A stretch of DNA of 64,000 nucleotides from Dehalococcoidia bacterium (GCA_963666115.2 CAXXET010000004.1:192001-256000), one strand, 5' to 3'; shown: positions 28,390 through 39,079, counted from the first letter of the stretch. Notes: a model not told the origin generated them from the letters alone. Translations and numbers: made by a program.

Positions 28390-29412
28390 ATGCGCGTTAC
28401 AGTTTTAGGCGGCGCGGGGTTTGTGGGGCGGCATCTTGTGGCGACGCTCGTCGCGGCGGGGCATGGGCCGATTCGCGTCCTGTCCCGTTCGCCGGAGAGG
28501 GTTTTCTCTGATGCGCAGCGTTCGCTGGCGGTTGGCTTTGAAGCGGTGGAGACACTGGCAAGCATCCGCAAGCTGACTCGCGATGACGTTGTCGCTGCGC
28601 GGGATCGGGCGGACCGGGGCGAGGCCGTGCTGCGTGAGTCCGTCGAGGTCATCACTAGCGACGCGCGCGATTGGGGCGCAGTCCGGGAGGCTGTCTCCGA
28701 CGTGGACGCGGTCGTTCACGCGGTGGGCATCATCCGCGAGACGGAAGGGCGCTCCTTTGGGGACACGAACGTCGGCACAACACAATCCCTCATCGATGCG
28801 ATGAAGGACGTCGGGACGAAGCGGCTGGTCTACGTAGGCATCCTGGGCGCGTCGGACGATCCGGAGATGCCCTACGGGCGGTCGCGCTGGCAGGCGGAGG
28901 CGGTGGTGACGAGCAGCGGGTTGGAGTGGACTGTCGTCAAGCCGTCGCTGGTGCTCGGGGTGTCGGACGCCGTCTCCCGCCGCACGGTCAAGCTGCTGCG
29001 GACGGGGCCGGTGGCGGTGCTGCCGTTCCCGGACGGGGGGCGCGCGCTGCTGCAGCCGATGTACGTGAGCGATCTTGCGGCTGTCCTGACGCTGTGCGTG
29101 ACGGAGCCGGAGCGGGCGGGGCAGGTCTACGAGATCGGCGGGCCGGATCAGATTGCGCTGGTGGACATTGCGCGGGCGTTCGCGGCTGAATTGGACATCA
29201 AGCGGGTCTACAGCATGCCGGTGCCGCGGTTCGCCGCACGGTTGGGGGCGGCAGTGATGGGGCGCGCGCTAAAAGACCCGCCGATCACTGCGGCGGAATT
29301 GAGCCAACTGCGTGTGGACAACGTGACGGCGCTTCATTCCGTTGGGCGGGATTTCGGGTTCGCGCCGCGCCGGTTCAGCGACTACGTGTCCTACATTAGG
29401 GACGTGAGCTAG
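28390..29412 (+). CDS. Atypical SDR, NDUFA9-like NAD(P)-binding protein
   Basis: VLGGAGFVG, VVHAVGII, SGLEWTVVKPS, LQPMYVSD, YEIGGPD. Confidence 0.85.
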   Translation: MRVTVLGGAGFVGRHLVATLVAAGHGPIRVLSRSPERVFSDAQRSLAVGFEAVETLASIRKLTRDDVVAARDRADRGEAVLRESVEVITSDARDWGAVREAVSDVDAVVHAVGIIRETEGRSFGDTNVGTTQSLIDAMKDVGTKRLVYVGILGASDDPEMPYGRSRWQAEAVVTSSGLEWTVVKPSLVLGVSDAVSRRTVKLLRTGPVAVLPFPDGGRALLQPMYVSDLAAVLTLCVTEPERAGQVYEIGGPDQIALVDIARAFAAELDIKRVYSMPVPRFAARLGAAVMGRALKDPPITAAELSQLRVDNVTALHSVGRDFGFAPRRFSDYVSYIRDVS

Positions 29413-29708
29413 TTGTCGCGGGTTTTGGCGAGTTGGGCGATGAACTGCTCAATGGGGAACGCGGGGAGGGAGACGATCTGGACCGTGCCGCGCGCCCCCA
29501 GCTCCAGTGAAACGCGGGCTATCGTCTCGTTGTCCGGCGCCTCAACGATGTTGACGAAATCGTAGTTGCCGAGCACGGCGTATTGGGCCGTGACCTTCGC
29601 GCCCCACGCCTCGATCTCCCGATTCACTTCCTGGATGCGCTCCGGGCGGTGCTTGACGGTCTTGCGTCCCTCATCCGTCAGCGTGCTGAGCAACACGTAC
29701 GTCCCCAT
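29409..29708 (-). CDS. GYD domain protein
   Basis: TDEGRKT...LGNYDFVNIVEAPD. Confidence 0.85.
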   Translation of the reverse strand: MGTYVLLSTLTDEGRKTVKHRPERIQEVNREIEAWGAKVTAQYAVLGNYDFVNIVEAPDNETIARVSLELGARGTVQIVSLPAFPIEQFIAQLAKTRDN

Positions 29709-29777
29709 CTAGTTGTCCTCCCTGCTGTGTCCTCGTAGGGGTCTCACGTCAAAGCGTAGGTATGGGGGCGGGTTGTG

Positions 29778-30467
29778 TCAACGTAAAGTCATCATTTCTT
29801 CCAGGAAGGAGGCGGTCGCTTCGGCGAGGGCGGGGCGGCTTGTCTGCCATGCGCGGTCCGCGCCCTCAAGCGCCATCGCGGTCACGTCGCCACGTCCCAT
29901 ACCATCGACCCAGCCGCCCAGGTTCTCCGGCGTTGTGAGGCTGTCATTGCCTCCTATCAGGAATCTCACGGGCACGCCTACTCCCGACAGCCCGTCCTCC
30001 GTCGGAATGCCGATCAGGGGAATATCCAGTATGGGCGATACCGCGACGACGGCCCTCAACCCTTTCGGCGCGCTCGCCGCGACGTGCACTGCGATGCTCG
30101 CGCCGAACGAATAACCGACGACGGCCATACGGCGGTCGTCAACTCCCGGCCATTCCCGCAGCATGTCAAAGGCCGCCAGTGCATCCGCCCTCTGCCCTTC
30201 TCCTACGGCGTTCTCGCCCTGGGATTCGCCAACGCCCCGGTAGTTGAATCGGAACGACACGAACCCGCGCGTCGTCACCTCGCGGGTCAACGACTCGATA
30301 ACCGGACTGAGCATCGTGCCGCCCAGGCGCGGCTCCGGCGAGCAAAACACGACGCCGGGCAGGCCGCCGCTGCCACCTTCGGGAATCTCGTCGCTGGTCG
30401 GCTCAGCGATGATGCCCTCCAGCGTCAGGTCATCCGTCGAGAAGAAATTGAGAGCCGTCTGCCGCAC
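29778..30467 (-). CDS. Alpha/beta hydrolase fold protein
   Basis: GGTM, RFNYRGVGESQG, nucleophile elbow GYSFG. Confidence 0.85.
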   Translation of the reverse strand: MRQTALNFFSTDDLTLEGIIAEPTSDEIPEGGSGGLPGVVFCSPEPRLGGTMLSPVIESLTREVTTRGFVSFRFNYRGVGESQGENAVGEGQRADALAAFDMLREWPGVDDRRMAVVGYSFGASIAVHVAASAPKGLRAVVAVSPILDIPLIGIPTEDGLSGVGVPVRFLIGGNDSLTTPENLGGWVDGMGRGDVTAMALEGADRAWQTSRPALAEATASFLEEMMTLR

Positions 30468-30478
30468 GCCGGCGCGCC

Positions 30479-31234
30479 TCAGAGTCCGTAGGCGAGACGC
30501 TCGGCCAGGCTGGAAGGCAGGCCGGCGGCCCTGATGTGTTCCTGCGCCGATTCGACATCGTATTGGACGCGGAACTGCGTTAGTGTGCGCGCATCCGAAT
30601 CGAGGATTGCATACGCGGCGCGGGGGTCACTGTCACGGGGCTGTCCCACGCTGCCGGGGTTGATGATGAGGCGCACGTCATCGGGCAGGCGGATGAGGGA
30701 GCCGTGGTTGAGGCGTCCAACGGCGTGAACGCGGGGCGGGGCGTCCGAGGTGACGTGGATTTCCTCAAAGATGAGAGGCAAGTGCGAGTGCCCTACGAGC
30801 AGGAACTGCGTCTCCAGGAGGGCGAATGAGGCGCGCGCGGCCTCTTCATGAATGAGGTATTCCCAGACGGGATCACGGAGCGAGCCGTGTGCCAACGTGA
30901 ATTCGCCCTGGCTGACAACTCTCGGCAGGCCCTCGATGTACGCGCGATTGTCCGCCGTCAACTGTTCGCCGTTCCATTCGCAAGCGATTGCCGCGTCCTC
31001 GTTGAACATGCCGAGATAGATGTCGCCGATTGAGCCGAGGTCGTGATTGCCGGATACGCTCACGTGCTCGAAGCCGCGCAGGGTGTCCAGGCACTCATTG
31101 GGATGCGGGCCGTATCCGACGATATCCCCCAAAGACCAGATGTTGTCGACGGGCCCGCGCGCATTGGCGTCACGGAGGACGGCGTCAAACGCGACGATGT
31201 TCGAATGAATGTCCGAGATAATGAGAGTACGCAC
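30479..31234 (-). CDS. Metallophosphoesterase family protein
   Basis: SDIHSN, LGDIVGYGP, GNHD, HGS, GHSH, NPGSVGQPRD. Confidence 0.93.
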   Translation of the reverse strand: MRTLIISDIHSNIVAFDAVLRDANARGPVDNIWSLGDIVGYGPHPNECLDTLRGFEHVSVSGNHDLGSIGDIYLGMFNEDAAIACEWNGEQLTADNRAYIEGLPRVVSQGEFTLAHGSLRDPVWEYLIHEEAARASFALLETQFLLVGHSHLPLIFEEIHVTSDAPPRVHAVGRLNHGSLIRLPDDVRLIINPGSVGQPRDSDPRAAYAILDSDARTLTQFRVQYDVESAQEHIRAAGLPSSLAERLAYGL

Positions 31235-31262
31235 GGCGCTGTGTTCCCACTGGTGAGGGTGA

Positions 31263-32705
31263 CTATATTGCCGACTGCGGAACGTACGTGTTTTGGCCGG
31301 CGGTGAGGTCTGCGAGGAAGTTGTCGGCCCACGCCTTGGCGGTGTTTTTGCGGACGCCTTCGTACAGGTTCTGCCAGCGCAACTGCCGTTCGCGATGACT
31401 CATGCCGAGAGCGGTGTGCATGGCCTCCGCAGTGCCCTCGATGTCATAGGGATTGACGATCAGGGCTTCACGCATGGTTTCCGCCGCCCCGCAGAAACGG
31501 GACAGAACGAGGACTCCCGGGCTCGGCCCCTGCGACGCCACGAACTCCTTGGCAATGAGGTTCATGCCGTCGCGGAGGGGAGTCACGAGGCAGACGTCCG
31601 CCTCGCGGAAGAAGCGCGACAGTTCCTCCTGGCTGTAGGCGCGGTAGAGGTAGTGGACGGGCACCCAATCGGCCTCGGCAAACCGGCCGTTGATTCGACC
31701 GACGAGCCTGTCCACACGTTCGCGCTCCTCAACGTACTCCGGCACGCGGCTGCGGGAGGGCGCGGATATCTGGATCAACGTGACCTTGCCGCGGACAGCG
31801 GGATAGCGGTCCAACAGCGCTTCGAACGCCCTGAGCCGCTGGGGTATTCCCTTGGAGTAATCGAGCCTGTCCACGCCAAGAACGACTCTCTTGCGCTCGA
31901 CGGAGCGGCGCGGCAAGAGTCTCTGCAACAGGCCCCCGTCTTCCGTATCGTCCGCTTCAGCCGTCCACCGGCGGAACTGCTCAGGGTCGGTGCCGATGGG
32001 GTAGACTCCCGCGCCAACCGTTCCGTGCTGCCCGCGAAACACGCCGGCGTCCACCGTCCCGCCAACCTCCACCTGGAGGGTATCGAGGAAGTTGTGGGCA
32101 TAGCGGTTGGTGTGGAAGCCCACGAGGTCGTAGCCGACAAGTCCTTCAAGGATTTGCCTGGCCCACGGGAGGATGGAGAAGACCTCGGCGGCGGGAAACG
32201 GTGTGTGCAGGAAGAAGCCGATCTTGCCCTGCCACCCCATCCGCCGCAGTTCCGAACCCAGCGGGATGAGGTGATAGTCCTGCACCCAGACCACGTCGCC
32301 TCCACTAAGGAGGGGGTAGAGGCCCTCCGCGAAACGGCGGTTGACGCGCCGGTAGCCGCGGTAAGCGTCATGGCGGAGTTGGACGAAGTTGGGGAATGCG
32401 TGGAGCAGCGGCCACAGCGTCCGGTTGGCGAAGACCGAATAGAACAGGTTCACCTCGTCCGCAGTGAGGTTGAGCGCGCCAACGTCAATCGCGCCGCTGC
32501 GGGTTACTTCCGCTTCCCCGGCAAGGCGTCGCTCGGTGGTGGTTCCGCTCCATCCGAACCAGAGGCCGCCGTGCTGCTCCAGCGCAGCCTGGACGGCTGA
32601 GACAAGGCCGCCGACGGGCCGGTTTCGCTGGTCGCGGGAGGCATCCGGTAGCGTTGACGCGGGGAGGCGGTTGGACACGACGACAAGGCGCTGTATCTGT
32701 TGCAT
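31263..32705 (-). CDS. otsA: Trehalose-6-phosphate synthase
   Basis: VVSNRLP, GGL, WVQDYHL, FFLHTPFP, VDRLDYSKG, DGMNLIAKE. Confidence 0.95.
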   Translation of the reverse strand: MQQIQRLVVVSNRLPASTLPDASRDQRNRPVGGLVSAVQAALEQHGGLWFGWSGTTTERRLAGEAEVTRSGAIDVGALNLTADEVNLFYSVFANRTLWPLLHAFPNFVQLRHDAYRGYRRVNRRFAEGLYPLLSGGDVVWVQDYHLIPLGSELRRMGWQGKIGFFLHTPFPAAEVFSILPWARQILEGLVGYDLVGFHTNRYAHNFLDTLQVEVGGTVDAGVFRGQHGTVGAGVYPIGTDPEQFRRWTAEADDTEDGGLLQRLLPRRSVERKRVVLGVDRLDYSKGIPQRLRAFEALLDRYPAVRGKVTLIQISAPSRSRVPEYVEERERVDRLVGRINGRFAEADWVPVHYLYRAYSQEELSRFFREADVCLVTPLRDGMNLIAKEFVASQGPSPGVLVLSRFCGAAETMREALIVNPYDIEGTAEAMHTALGMSHRERQLRWQNLYEGVRKNTAKAWADNFLADLTAGQNTYVPQSAI

Positions 32706-32826
32706 CGCCTTGCCCCCTAGCCCCACCCGGAAGACCGGCCCAACGCCGCGATGTACCGCGCGGCGTGCTTTAAGGGTAGCCGTCGTGGAATACGGGGTCA
32801 AACGGGGGGGCTTTGGCGGGGTTCAC

Positions 32827-32851
32827 CCTTCGACAGGCTCAGGGTGAACGG
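32827..32851 (-). repeat. REP-like element CCCTTCGACAGGCTCAGGGTGAACG
   Basis: Exact reverse complement of 6221-6245. Confidence 0.88.
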
Positions 32852-32925
32852 GATGGGCGTGCTACACTTTGGCATTGGGCGGGACGCAGATGCGGCGGAA
32901 TGCTGCGCTTTACGGGGGAAGGGCT

Positions 32926-33726
32926 ATGCCGGAGAGCAAGTTTGTCGATATCCAAGGCCTCAAGATGCACTATCTTGAATGGGGCGACCCATCCAATCCC
33001 GATCTCCTCCTCGTGCATGGGTGGACGGGACTGGGGGCTTCGTGGGCAGCCGTTGCGGAGGCGTTCCAGGACCGGTATCACGTCATTGCGCCGGACAATC
33101 GTGGGCATGGGCAGACTGACAAGCCGGTGACGGGCTATATGCTGCGCGATTTTGCCACGGACATCGCGGAGTTGATCGACACCCTCGGTCTTGAAAAGCC
33201 CGCGTACGTCGGCCATTCCTGGGGCGGCAACATCGGCACGATCATGGCCTCCGATTTCGCGGACAAGATCTGCTGCGCGTTCCTTGAAGACCCCGTGTAC
33301 TGGAAGATGGTGAACGTCCACGTGACCAGCCTTCAGCAGGCGCTTGCCCGCCACAACAGGCCGGAGGCGGATATCCGGGCCGAGGCCAAAGAGCAGGGCA
33401 TGTCCGAACAAGAAGCCGATGAGCTTGTGTACCGCCACCATCACTTCTCGCCGCACGCGGTCACACGGCTGCTGACCGACAACCGCCAGTGGGCGTTCCG
33501 CTGCGAGGATCATATGCGCCGCATCGCCGTGCCCACTCTGGTGCTGGTGGCGGACATCAACGCGGGCGGCTACATGATGCCGGAGGAGCTTGAGTACTAC
33601 CGCAGCATCGCCACGCCTGACCTGGACTTCCGACTGTGGCCGGACGTGGGGCACGGGATGCGCGCGGCACGCCCTGAGCAATACAACCAAGAGCTTGACG
33701 AGTTCCTCACGAGCTGCGGCGCTTGA
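32926..33726 (+). CDS. Alpha/beta hydrolase
   Basis: LLVHGW, PDNRGHG, GHSWGG, DVGH. Confidence 0.9.
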   Translation: MPESKFVDIQGLKMHYLEWGDPSNPDLLLVHGWTGLGASWAAVAEAFQDRYHVIAPDNRGHGQTDKPVTGYMLRDFATDIAELIDTLGLEKPAYVGHSWGGNIGTIMASDFADKICCAFLEDPVYWKMVNVHVTSLQQALARHNRPEADIRAEAKEQGMSEQEADELVYRHHHFSPHAVTRLLTDNRQWAFRCEDHMRRIAVPTLVLVADINAGGYMMPEELEYYRSIATPDLDFRLWPDVGHGMRAARPEQYNQELDEFLTSCGA

Positions 33727-34985
33727 GCAGCACGGCGCCATTTTCGATAGCTGAGGACGAAACCGAAGCAACTTCGCGTTTCCGCACGTTCCGCTCGCTC
33801 CGCAACCCGGTCTTCCGCCGCCTCTGGATGGCGGGCTGGGTGTGGTATGTGAACCGCATGATGGAGATGGCGGTTCTGTCATGGCTGGTGTTGGAACTGA
33901 CAGACTCGCCAACACAGGTGGCGCTCGTCGGCGTGTTCCGCATGGCGCCCATGTTCATTCTCGGGCTGGTGGCGGGGAGCGTCTCAGACCGTTTCCCGCG
34001 CAAGTACGTGATGATCTCAACGCAGGTCGTCAACGTGGTGGTCGTTGGCGGGATGCTCGCCGTTCTCCTGGGCGGGGACGTCGAGCCGTGGCACGCATAT
34101 CTCGCGACGTTTCTGACAGGCTCGGCCTGGGCAGTCGATTTCTCGGCGCGGCGCGCCTACTTTGCCGAGATATTCCGGGGCGACGCCCTTACGAACGCGA
34201 TCTCACTGGATGTCGTCGCGTTGACGGGCAGCAGCATCGTCGGGCCGCTGTTCGCAGGGACGATCATCGAACTGGTCGACTTCTCGGGCTCGTATGCGCT
34301 GATGTTGGGACTGTACGCGGCGGCGGGCTGGGTGCTGTTCTTCATCCCGAAAACTGACTCGATGGGCGCGGAAAAGACGCCCGTGCTGCGGCACTTAAAG
34401 GAATCGGTGACGGCGCTGGCAACCAACAGGGCGCTCGTGGCCGCCCTGACCATCACGGTCAGCCTCAACTTCTTCGGATTCCCCTTCCTGACGATGGTGC
34501 CGGTGATCGGGCGCGACGTGCTGGGCGCGAATGCGTTTCTGTACGGGATATTGGCGGGCGCGGCGGGAATCGGCTCGCTGACGGGGGCGATCATCATCGC
34601 GTCGCGCCAGATACGGAGCCATGGGCAGGTCTATTCGCTTGGCTCAGCGTTCATGCTGGGGATGCTGGTGCTGTTCTCGCTTTCCGAGTGGTACGGGGTT
34701 TCCCTTGTTCTGCTGATGGTGGCGGGCCTGGGCATGGCCGGCTTTGCCACGATGCAGCCGACAATCGCCCTCCGTGCCGTCAGCCCTGAAATGCGAGGAC
34801 GCGCCATGGGCGCAATCGCCCTCGGAATAGGCGCAAGCCCCCTGGGAATGCTAACGGTAGGCTGGCTGGCAGAACCCGACCTCCTCGGCCCTCAAATGGC
34901 CCTAGCAGTCCTAACAGGAACAGGCTTCGTCGTAGTAATGATTCTGCGCCTCCTACTGCCGGAACTACGGGCGCAGAGGGGTTAG
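33723..34985 (+). CDS. MFS transporter
   Basis: About 12 hydrophobic segments; GSVSDRFPRK motif A; MRGRAMG. Confidence 0.9.
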   Translation: MSSTAPFSIAEDETEATSRFRTFRSLRNPVFRRLWMAGWVWYVNRMMEMAVLSWLVLELTDSPTQVALVGVFRMAPMFILGLVAGSVSDRFPRKYVMISTQVVNVVVVGGMLAVLLGGDVEPWHAYLATFLTGSAWAVDFSARRAYFAEIFRGDALTNAISLDVVALTGSSIVGPLFAGTIIELVDFSGSYALMLGLYAAAGWVLFFIPKTDSMGAEKTPVLRHLKESVTALATNRALVAALTITVSLNFFGFPFLTMVPVIGRDVLGANAFLYGILAGAAGIGSLTGAIIIASRQIRSHGQVYSLGSAFMLGMLVLFSLSEWYGVSLVLLMVAGLGMAGFATMQPTIALRAVSPEMRGRAMGAIALGIGASPLGMLTVGWLAEPDLLGPQMALAVLTGTGFVVVMILRLLLPELRAQRG

Positions 34986-36073
34986 CTTTCTCGCGCGCCT
35001 TCTTGGTCAAGGAGACTCTTCTTGCGTTCGGGGCCGAGGGCGTACCCGCCGAGTGTGCCGTCAGTTCGCACGACGCGGTGGCACGGAACGACGATGGGCG
35101 TTGGGTTTTTCGCGCAGGCGTTGGCGACGGCGCGCGTTGCGCTAGGCTCCCCAATCTCTTCCGCAACCTGCGAGTACGTGCGGGTTTCCCCGCGCGGAAT
35201 GCGGCGGAGGGCTTCCCACACGCGGCGCTGGAAAGCCGTGCCGCGCACGTCCAAGGGCAGATCGCCTGCCGTGTCCGGCGTCTCGCCGCAGACAATGTCG
35301 GCGACGACGGCGGCCCACGATGCAATGCGCCCCTCATCCCGCCTAAACGAAGCATTCGGAAACTCCGATGCCAGCGTTGCCTCATGCGCCGCGTCATCAT
35401 CGGCCAGCGAAATCCGACACACCCCCTTCTCCGTCCCCGCCACCAGCAGACGCCCAAGCGGACTGTCAACAATGGCATACGAAATAGAGACCCCTGCCCC
35501 GCCATTGCGGTACTGCCCCGGCGTCATGCCAAGGCGGGCGTCCGAGGATTCATAGAGCCTGCTGGGAGAGCCGAACCCGCTGTCATAGAGCGCGGACGTC
35601 ACGTCATGGCCGTTGCGCGCGCCGTCCTTGAATCGCTCAAGCCGGCGCTGCTCCGCGTACTGGCGCGGGGTGATGCCAACGATCATCTTGAAGGAGCGGC
35701 GGAGGGTGTGGTCGGTGACGCCGACAATGCGGGCAAGCGCGGCAACAGTTAGCGGCTGATCGGGCGGAGCGTCGATAAGTTCGCACGCCCGCGTGACCAC
35801 GGCGACGGCGCGGGTATGGGGGCCGCCCTCATCAGGCCGGCAGCGTTTGCAGGGGCGGTAGCCGGCGGCGCGGGCCTCGGCTATCTCGTCAAAGAACTCG
35901 ATGTTCTTGCGGAGGACGGGCGCTCCCCGACAGGTTGTAAGGCAATAGACGCCCGTCGTCTTGACGCCAAACGTGAACGCGGTCTCATACGCGGGATCGT
36001 GGTTCTGGATGGCCTCCCAGCGTTCGTCCGCGAGCGCGTTCTGTGCTGTGTTGCGTTCGATTGTTGCTGTCAT
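34982..36073 (-). CDS. ada: Bifunctional Ada regulator / O6-methylguanine-DNA methyltransferase
   Basis: VKTTGVYC..C, GYRPCKRCRP, AraC-like HTH, GTAFQRRVW, PCHRVV. Confidence 0.95.
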   Translation of the reverse strand: MTATIERNTAQNALADERWEAIQNHDPAYETAFTFGVKTTGVYCLTTCRGAPVLRKNIEFFDEIAEARAAGYRPCKRCRPDEGGPHTRAVAVVTRACELIDAPPDQPLTVAALARIVGVTDHTLRRSFKMIVGITPRQYAEQRRLERFKDGARNGHDVTSALYDSGFGSPSRLYESSDARLGMTPGQYRNGGAGVSISYAIVDSPLGRLLVAGTEKGVCRISLADDDAAHEATLASEFPNASFRRDEGRIASWAAVVADIVCGETPDTAGDLPLDVRGTAFQRRVWEALRRIPRGETRTYSQVAEEIGEPSATRAVANACAKNPTPIVVPCHRVVRTDGTLGGYALGPERKKSLLDQEGARES

Positions 36074-36167
36074 GTCCCCCGCCCCGTTGGCGTGTAGGTT
36101 TGGTTCAGGGGCATGATGGCAGGCGCTCAACCAGGCCGTCTATCCGATTTCTCTGTGGAGGTCAGAC

Positions 36168-37706
36168 CTACCCCAAACTCTGGTAGTGGTACATCGGCTG
36201 CTCAGGCACACGCCAATCTGCGTAATACTCGCGCAAATACGGCTCCAGCCGCGCCGCGAGGCTTCGGCGGTTGGTAAGGTCATCAGGCGCGGGCGTGCCC
36301 AGTTCCTCGCGGACGGCCTCGATCACATCCTCTGCGGGAATCGTGAGGAGTTTGCGGTCCTGCAGAATGGTCTTGCCCTCGACGATCACGGTCTCAACGT
36401 CCGTGGCGCGGGCGCGTGAGACGAGGACATCCAGCACATCGAGGTTCTCGGCGACGTATGGCGTAGAAATCCGGTCCCAGTCGAGCAAAACCATGTCGGC
36501 GCGCTTGCCAACCTCAAGGGAGCCGATCAATTCCTCGCCGAACGTGGTCTCATACGCGCCGCCCAGCGTGGCCATGTGGAGAACCTGGTGGGACGTGAGG
36601 TGGGGCACGTCAAGGCCGGGGGGACGGTGCAGGCGCGTTGCGAGCGCCATTTCCTGGAAGTGGTCGTCATCATCGTTGATGGACGTGCTGTCCGTGCCGA
36701 GAGCGACGTGTACCCCCTGCCGGTGCATTTCAAGGACGGGCGCGATGCCGCTGCGGAGCCGCAGGTTGGAACTCGGGTTGTGGCTGATGCTGGTCCCGGT
36801 TTCGGCGAGAATCGCGATGTCCTCAGACGTCAGCCAGACACAGTGGGCAAGGGATGTCCTGGGGCCGAGGAATCCAAGCTCGTTGAACCGCTGCACGGGA
36901 GTTTGGCCGTGGAGCCGCTCAGCGTAGAGCCTCTGGTAGTAGCTTTCGACGCAGTGGGTATGGAGGCCGACATTCGCGGCGCGGGCCAGGTCTGCGATTT
37001 GCGCCAGCGTGTCCTCATCCGCCCAGTGGTACGCCTGTGGGCTGTAGAGCAGCCGCACCATGTTGGTGGAATCGGCGGGGTAGTCGCGGATCAGGTCGGC
37101 GGTCATGGCCAGGTAGTCTTCAGTGGACAGGATGGAGCTGTCGATGATGCCGCGGACGCCGCCGGCGAGGTCGTCCGGCATCTTGCTCAGGACATCCTCA
37201 TCGTTGCCGTACACCAGGTAGCACTGGTTCTTGAACGCGAGGGAAAACGCCGTCCGAACACCGGCCTGGGCAAAAGCGCGGAGGTTGGCCTGGGCCTCGT
37301 CCCAGACCATGCGGCGGGCCGTGGCGGACTGGTTGAACATGACGGTGGTGACGCCGGAGCGGACGAGGTTGAGGAGCGTGTAGAGCATCATGTTGAACGG
37401 CTCCACCGCGCGGCGCCCCCACGAGTGGTTGATCCACGTTTCAAGGCCGCCGTCCGGCTGGCCGAGCAGGAGTCCCGAGAGGCCCCGGCCATGGTGGTGG
37501 GCGTTGACCATGCCGGGCATGAGGAACTGGCGGCCGTTGCCGACGACGTCCGCGTCCGGGTACCGGGAACGGAGGCCGTCGTAGGCGCCCACGGCGACAA
37601 TCTCCCCATCCGTCTGCGCCACTGCGCCGTCTGTCAAAAGAACGCTGTCGCCGTCAAGATCGGCGCGGACGAGGACGTGCTTGCCGCGCGTGATGGTGGT
37701 TGTCAT
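36168..37706 (-). CDS. Metal-dependent amidohydrolase (AtzA/MtaD-like)
   Basis: PGMVNAHHH, HTHCVE, AHCVW, HNPSSNLRL, LGTD, GSLEVGKRAD. Confidence 0.9.
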   Translation of the reverse strand: MTTTITRGKHVLVRADLDGDSVLLTDGAVAQTDGEIVAVGAYDGLRSRYPDADVVGNGRQFLMPGMVNAHHHGRGLSGLLLGQPDGGLETWINHSWGRRAVEPFNMMLYTLLNLVRSGVTTVMFNQSATARRMVWDEAQANLRAFAQAGVRTAFSLAFKNQCYLVYGNDEDVLSKMPDDLAGGVRGIIDSSILSTEDYLAMTADLIRDYPADSTNMVRLLYSPQAYHWADEDTLAQIADLARAANVGLHTHCVESYYQRLYAERLHGQTPVQRFNELGFLGPRTSLAHCVWLTSEDIAILAETGTSISHNPSSNLRLRSGIAPVLEMHRQGVHVALGTDSTSINDDDDHFQEMALATRLHRPPGLDVPHLTSHQVLHMATLGGAYETTFGEELIGSLEVGKRADMVLLDWDRISTPYVAENLDVLDVLVSRARATDVETVIVEGKTILQDRKLLTIPAEDVIEAVREELGTPAPDDLTNRRSLAARLEPYLREYYADWRVPEQPMYHYQSLG

Positions 37707-37734
37707 TTTCTCCTCCACTACCCGGCCGTCCGCG

Positions 37735-38190
37735 CTAGCGCCCGATTGTGGCAACAAGCCGCACGAAATCGTGGCGTGTGATGATGCCGATGAGCTTGTC
37801 GTCGCGGACGACGGGAAGCCGCTTGAGCCGCCGCTGGTGCATGATGCGCACGACGTCTTCCACCGCCGTGCCCTCCCTGACGGTCACGACAGGCGTGGAC
37901 ATGACCTGCGAGACAAGCGTGTCGCCCATCGCCGCGTGGAGGTCGCCAATCTCATTTTGATTCCCCACAACGTGGCCGAAAAGCTCAAAAACCGTTCCGT
38001 GCATCCCGGGATCGCGGATGGGCTTCAGGAAGAAGTCCGAGTGGCTCATGATCCCAACGAGATGATCGCGGTCATTCACAACAGGCAGCGCGCTGATGTT
38101 GTGATCGAGCATGATATTGGCGGCATCCACAACCGTCGCGTCGGCCCGAACGGTGTAGACACGGGTTGACATGATTTCTGATGCGTCCAT
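37735..38190 (-). CDS. CBS domain protein
   Basis: Tandem CBS pair: ISALPVV..LVGI and KRLPVV..LIGIITR. Confidence 0.9.
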   Translation of the reverse strand: MDASEIMSTRVYTVRADATVVDAANIMLDHNISALPVVNDRDHLVGIMSHSDFFLKPIRDPGMHGTVFELFGHVVGNQNEIGDLHAAMGDTLVSQVMSTPVVTVREGTAVEDVVRIMHQRRLKRLPVVRDDKLIGIITRHDFVRLVATIGR

Positions 38191-38259
38191 TGCCCACTCC
38201 AGTCCCCATCCCCTGCCCTTGCCAGTCAATCATAGCGAATCAATCAGCGGCACGCCCAC

Positions 38260-39057
38260 CTATACACCGGCTATGTCGGTGAGAAACGCGGCGACATCAA
38301 CAGGCGAATCCAGCCGGTACGCTGCCTCAGTATCGTGGTCAGGCCCGCCCACGAAGATTGAGAGGCCGCCTGAGACATTGACTTCCCGAAAGGCGTCTTC
38401 GTCCGTTGTGTCGTCGCCGACGTAGACGGGCAACCGCCGCGCCCCTGACGTTCGCTCCAGTGTTTCCAGGATGAAGCGCAGGGCCGCGCCCTTGTCGCGG
38501 GCGGCGGCCGGTCGGATATCAAGCACCTTCTTGCCCTGCACGACGATGATCTTGCCATCAGCGACTGCGCCTGCGGTCGCGTCGCGGACAACCTGCTGCA
38601 CCTGCGCCTCCAAATCCATCGGCGCCATGCGAAAGTGGACGCTCAAGCTCACGCCCTTGTCTTCGACGAACGCCCCGTCAATCTCACCGACTCCCCCCTC
38701 AAGCCCCCGCCGCAAGTCAGCCATGACCAGCCACGCCCGCTCAGCGACACCATCCTCAATCGCCATGCCGGGCACGTCGATCTCCATTCCGTGATTGCCG
38801 GAATAGATCGCCCCTGGAATCCCTGCCCGCCCCCGAACGTCATCAAGCGCCCGCCCGCTCACAATTGCAACGTCGAATCTTGCCAACTCAGCAAGCCGCC
38901 CAAGCGCGTCCGCGCACGCCGGCAGTATGGAAGCGTCCTCCGGGCGGTCAAAGATTGGCGAAAGCGTCCCGTCAAAATCACACGCAATCAGCACGTGGCT
39001 GGCGGTCTGCAAACGGGTCTTCACCTCCGCCCAGTGCTCGAACAACGGCTCTGCCAT
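38260..39057 (-). CDS. otsB: Trehalose-6-phosphate phosphatase
   Basis: DFDGTL, SGR, GNHG, EDKG, DKG, GDDTTDEDAF. Confidence 0.93.
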   Translation of the reverse strand: MAEPLFEHWAEVKTRLQTASHVLIACDFDGTLSPIFDRPEDASILPACADALGRLAELARFDVAIVSGRALDDVRGRAGIPGAIYSGNHGMEIDVPGMAIEDGVAERAWLVMADLRRGLEGGVGEIDGAFVEDKGVSLSVHFRMAPMDLEAQVQQVVRDATAGAVADGKIIVVQGKKVLDIRPAAARDKGAALRFILETLERTSGARRLPVYVGDDTTDEDAFREVNVSGGLSIFVGGPDHDTEAAYRLDSPVDVAAFLTDIAGV

Positions 39058-39079
39058 GCGCTTGATCCCGCCTGTCCGA

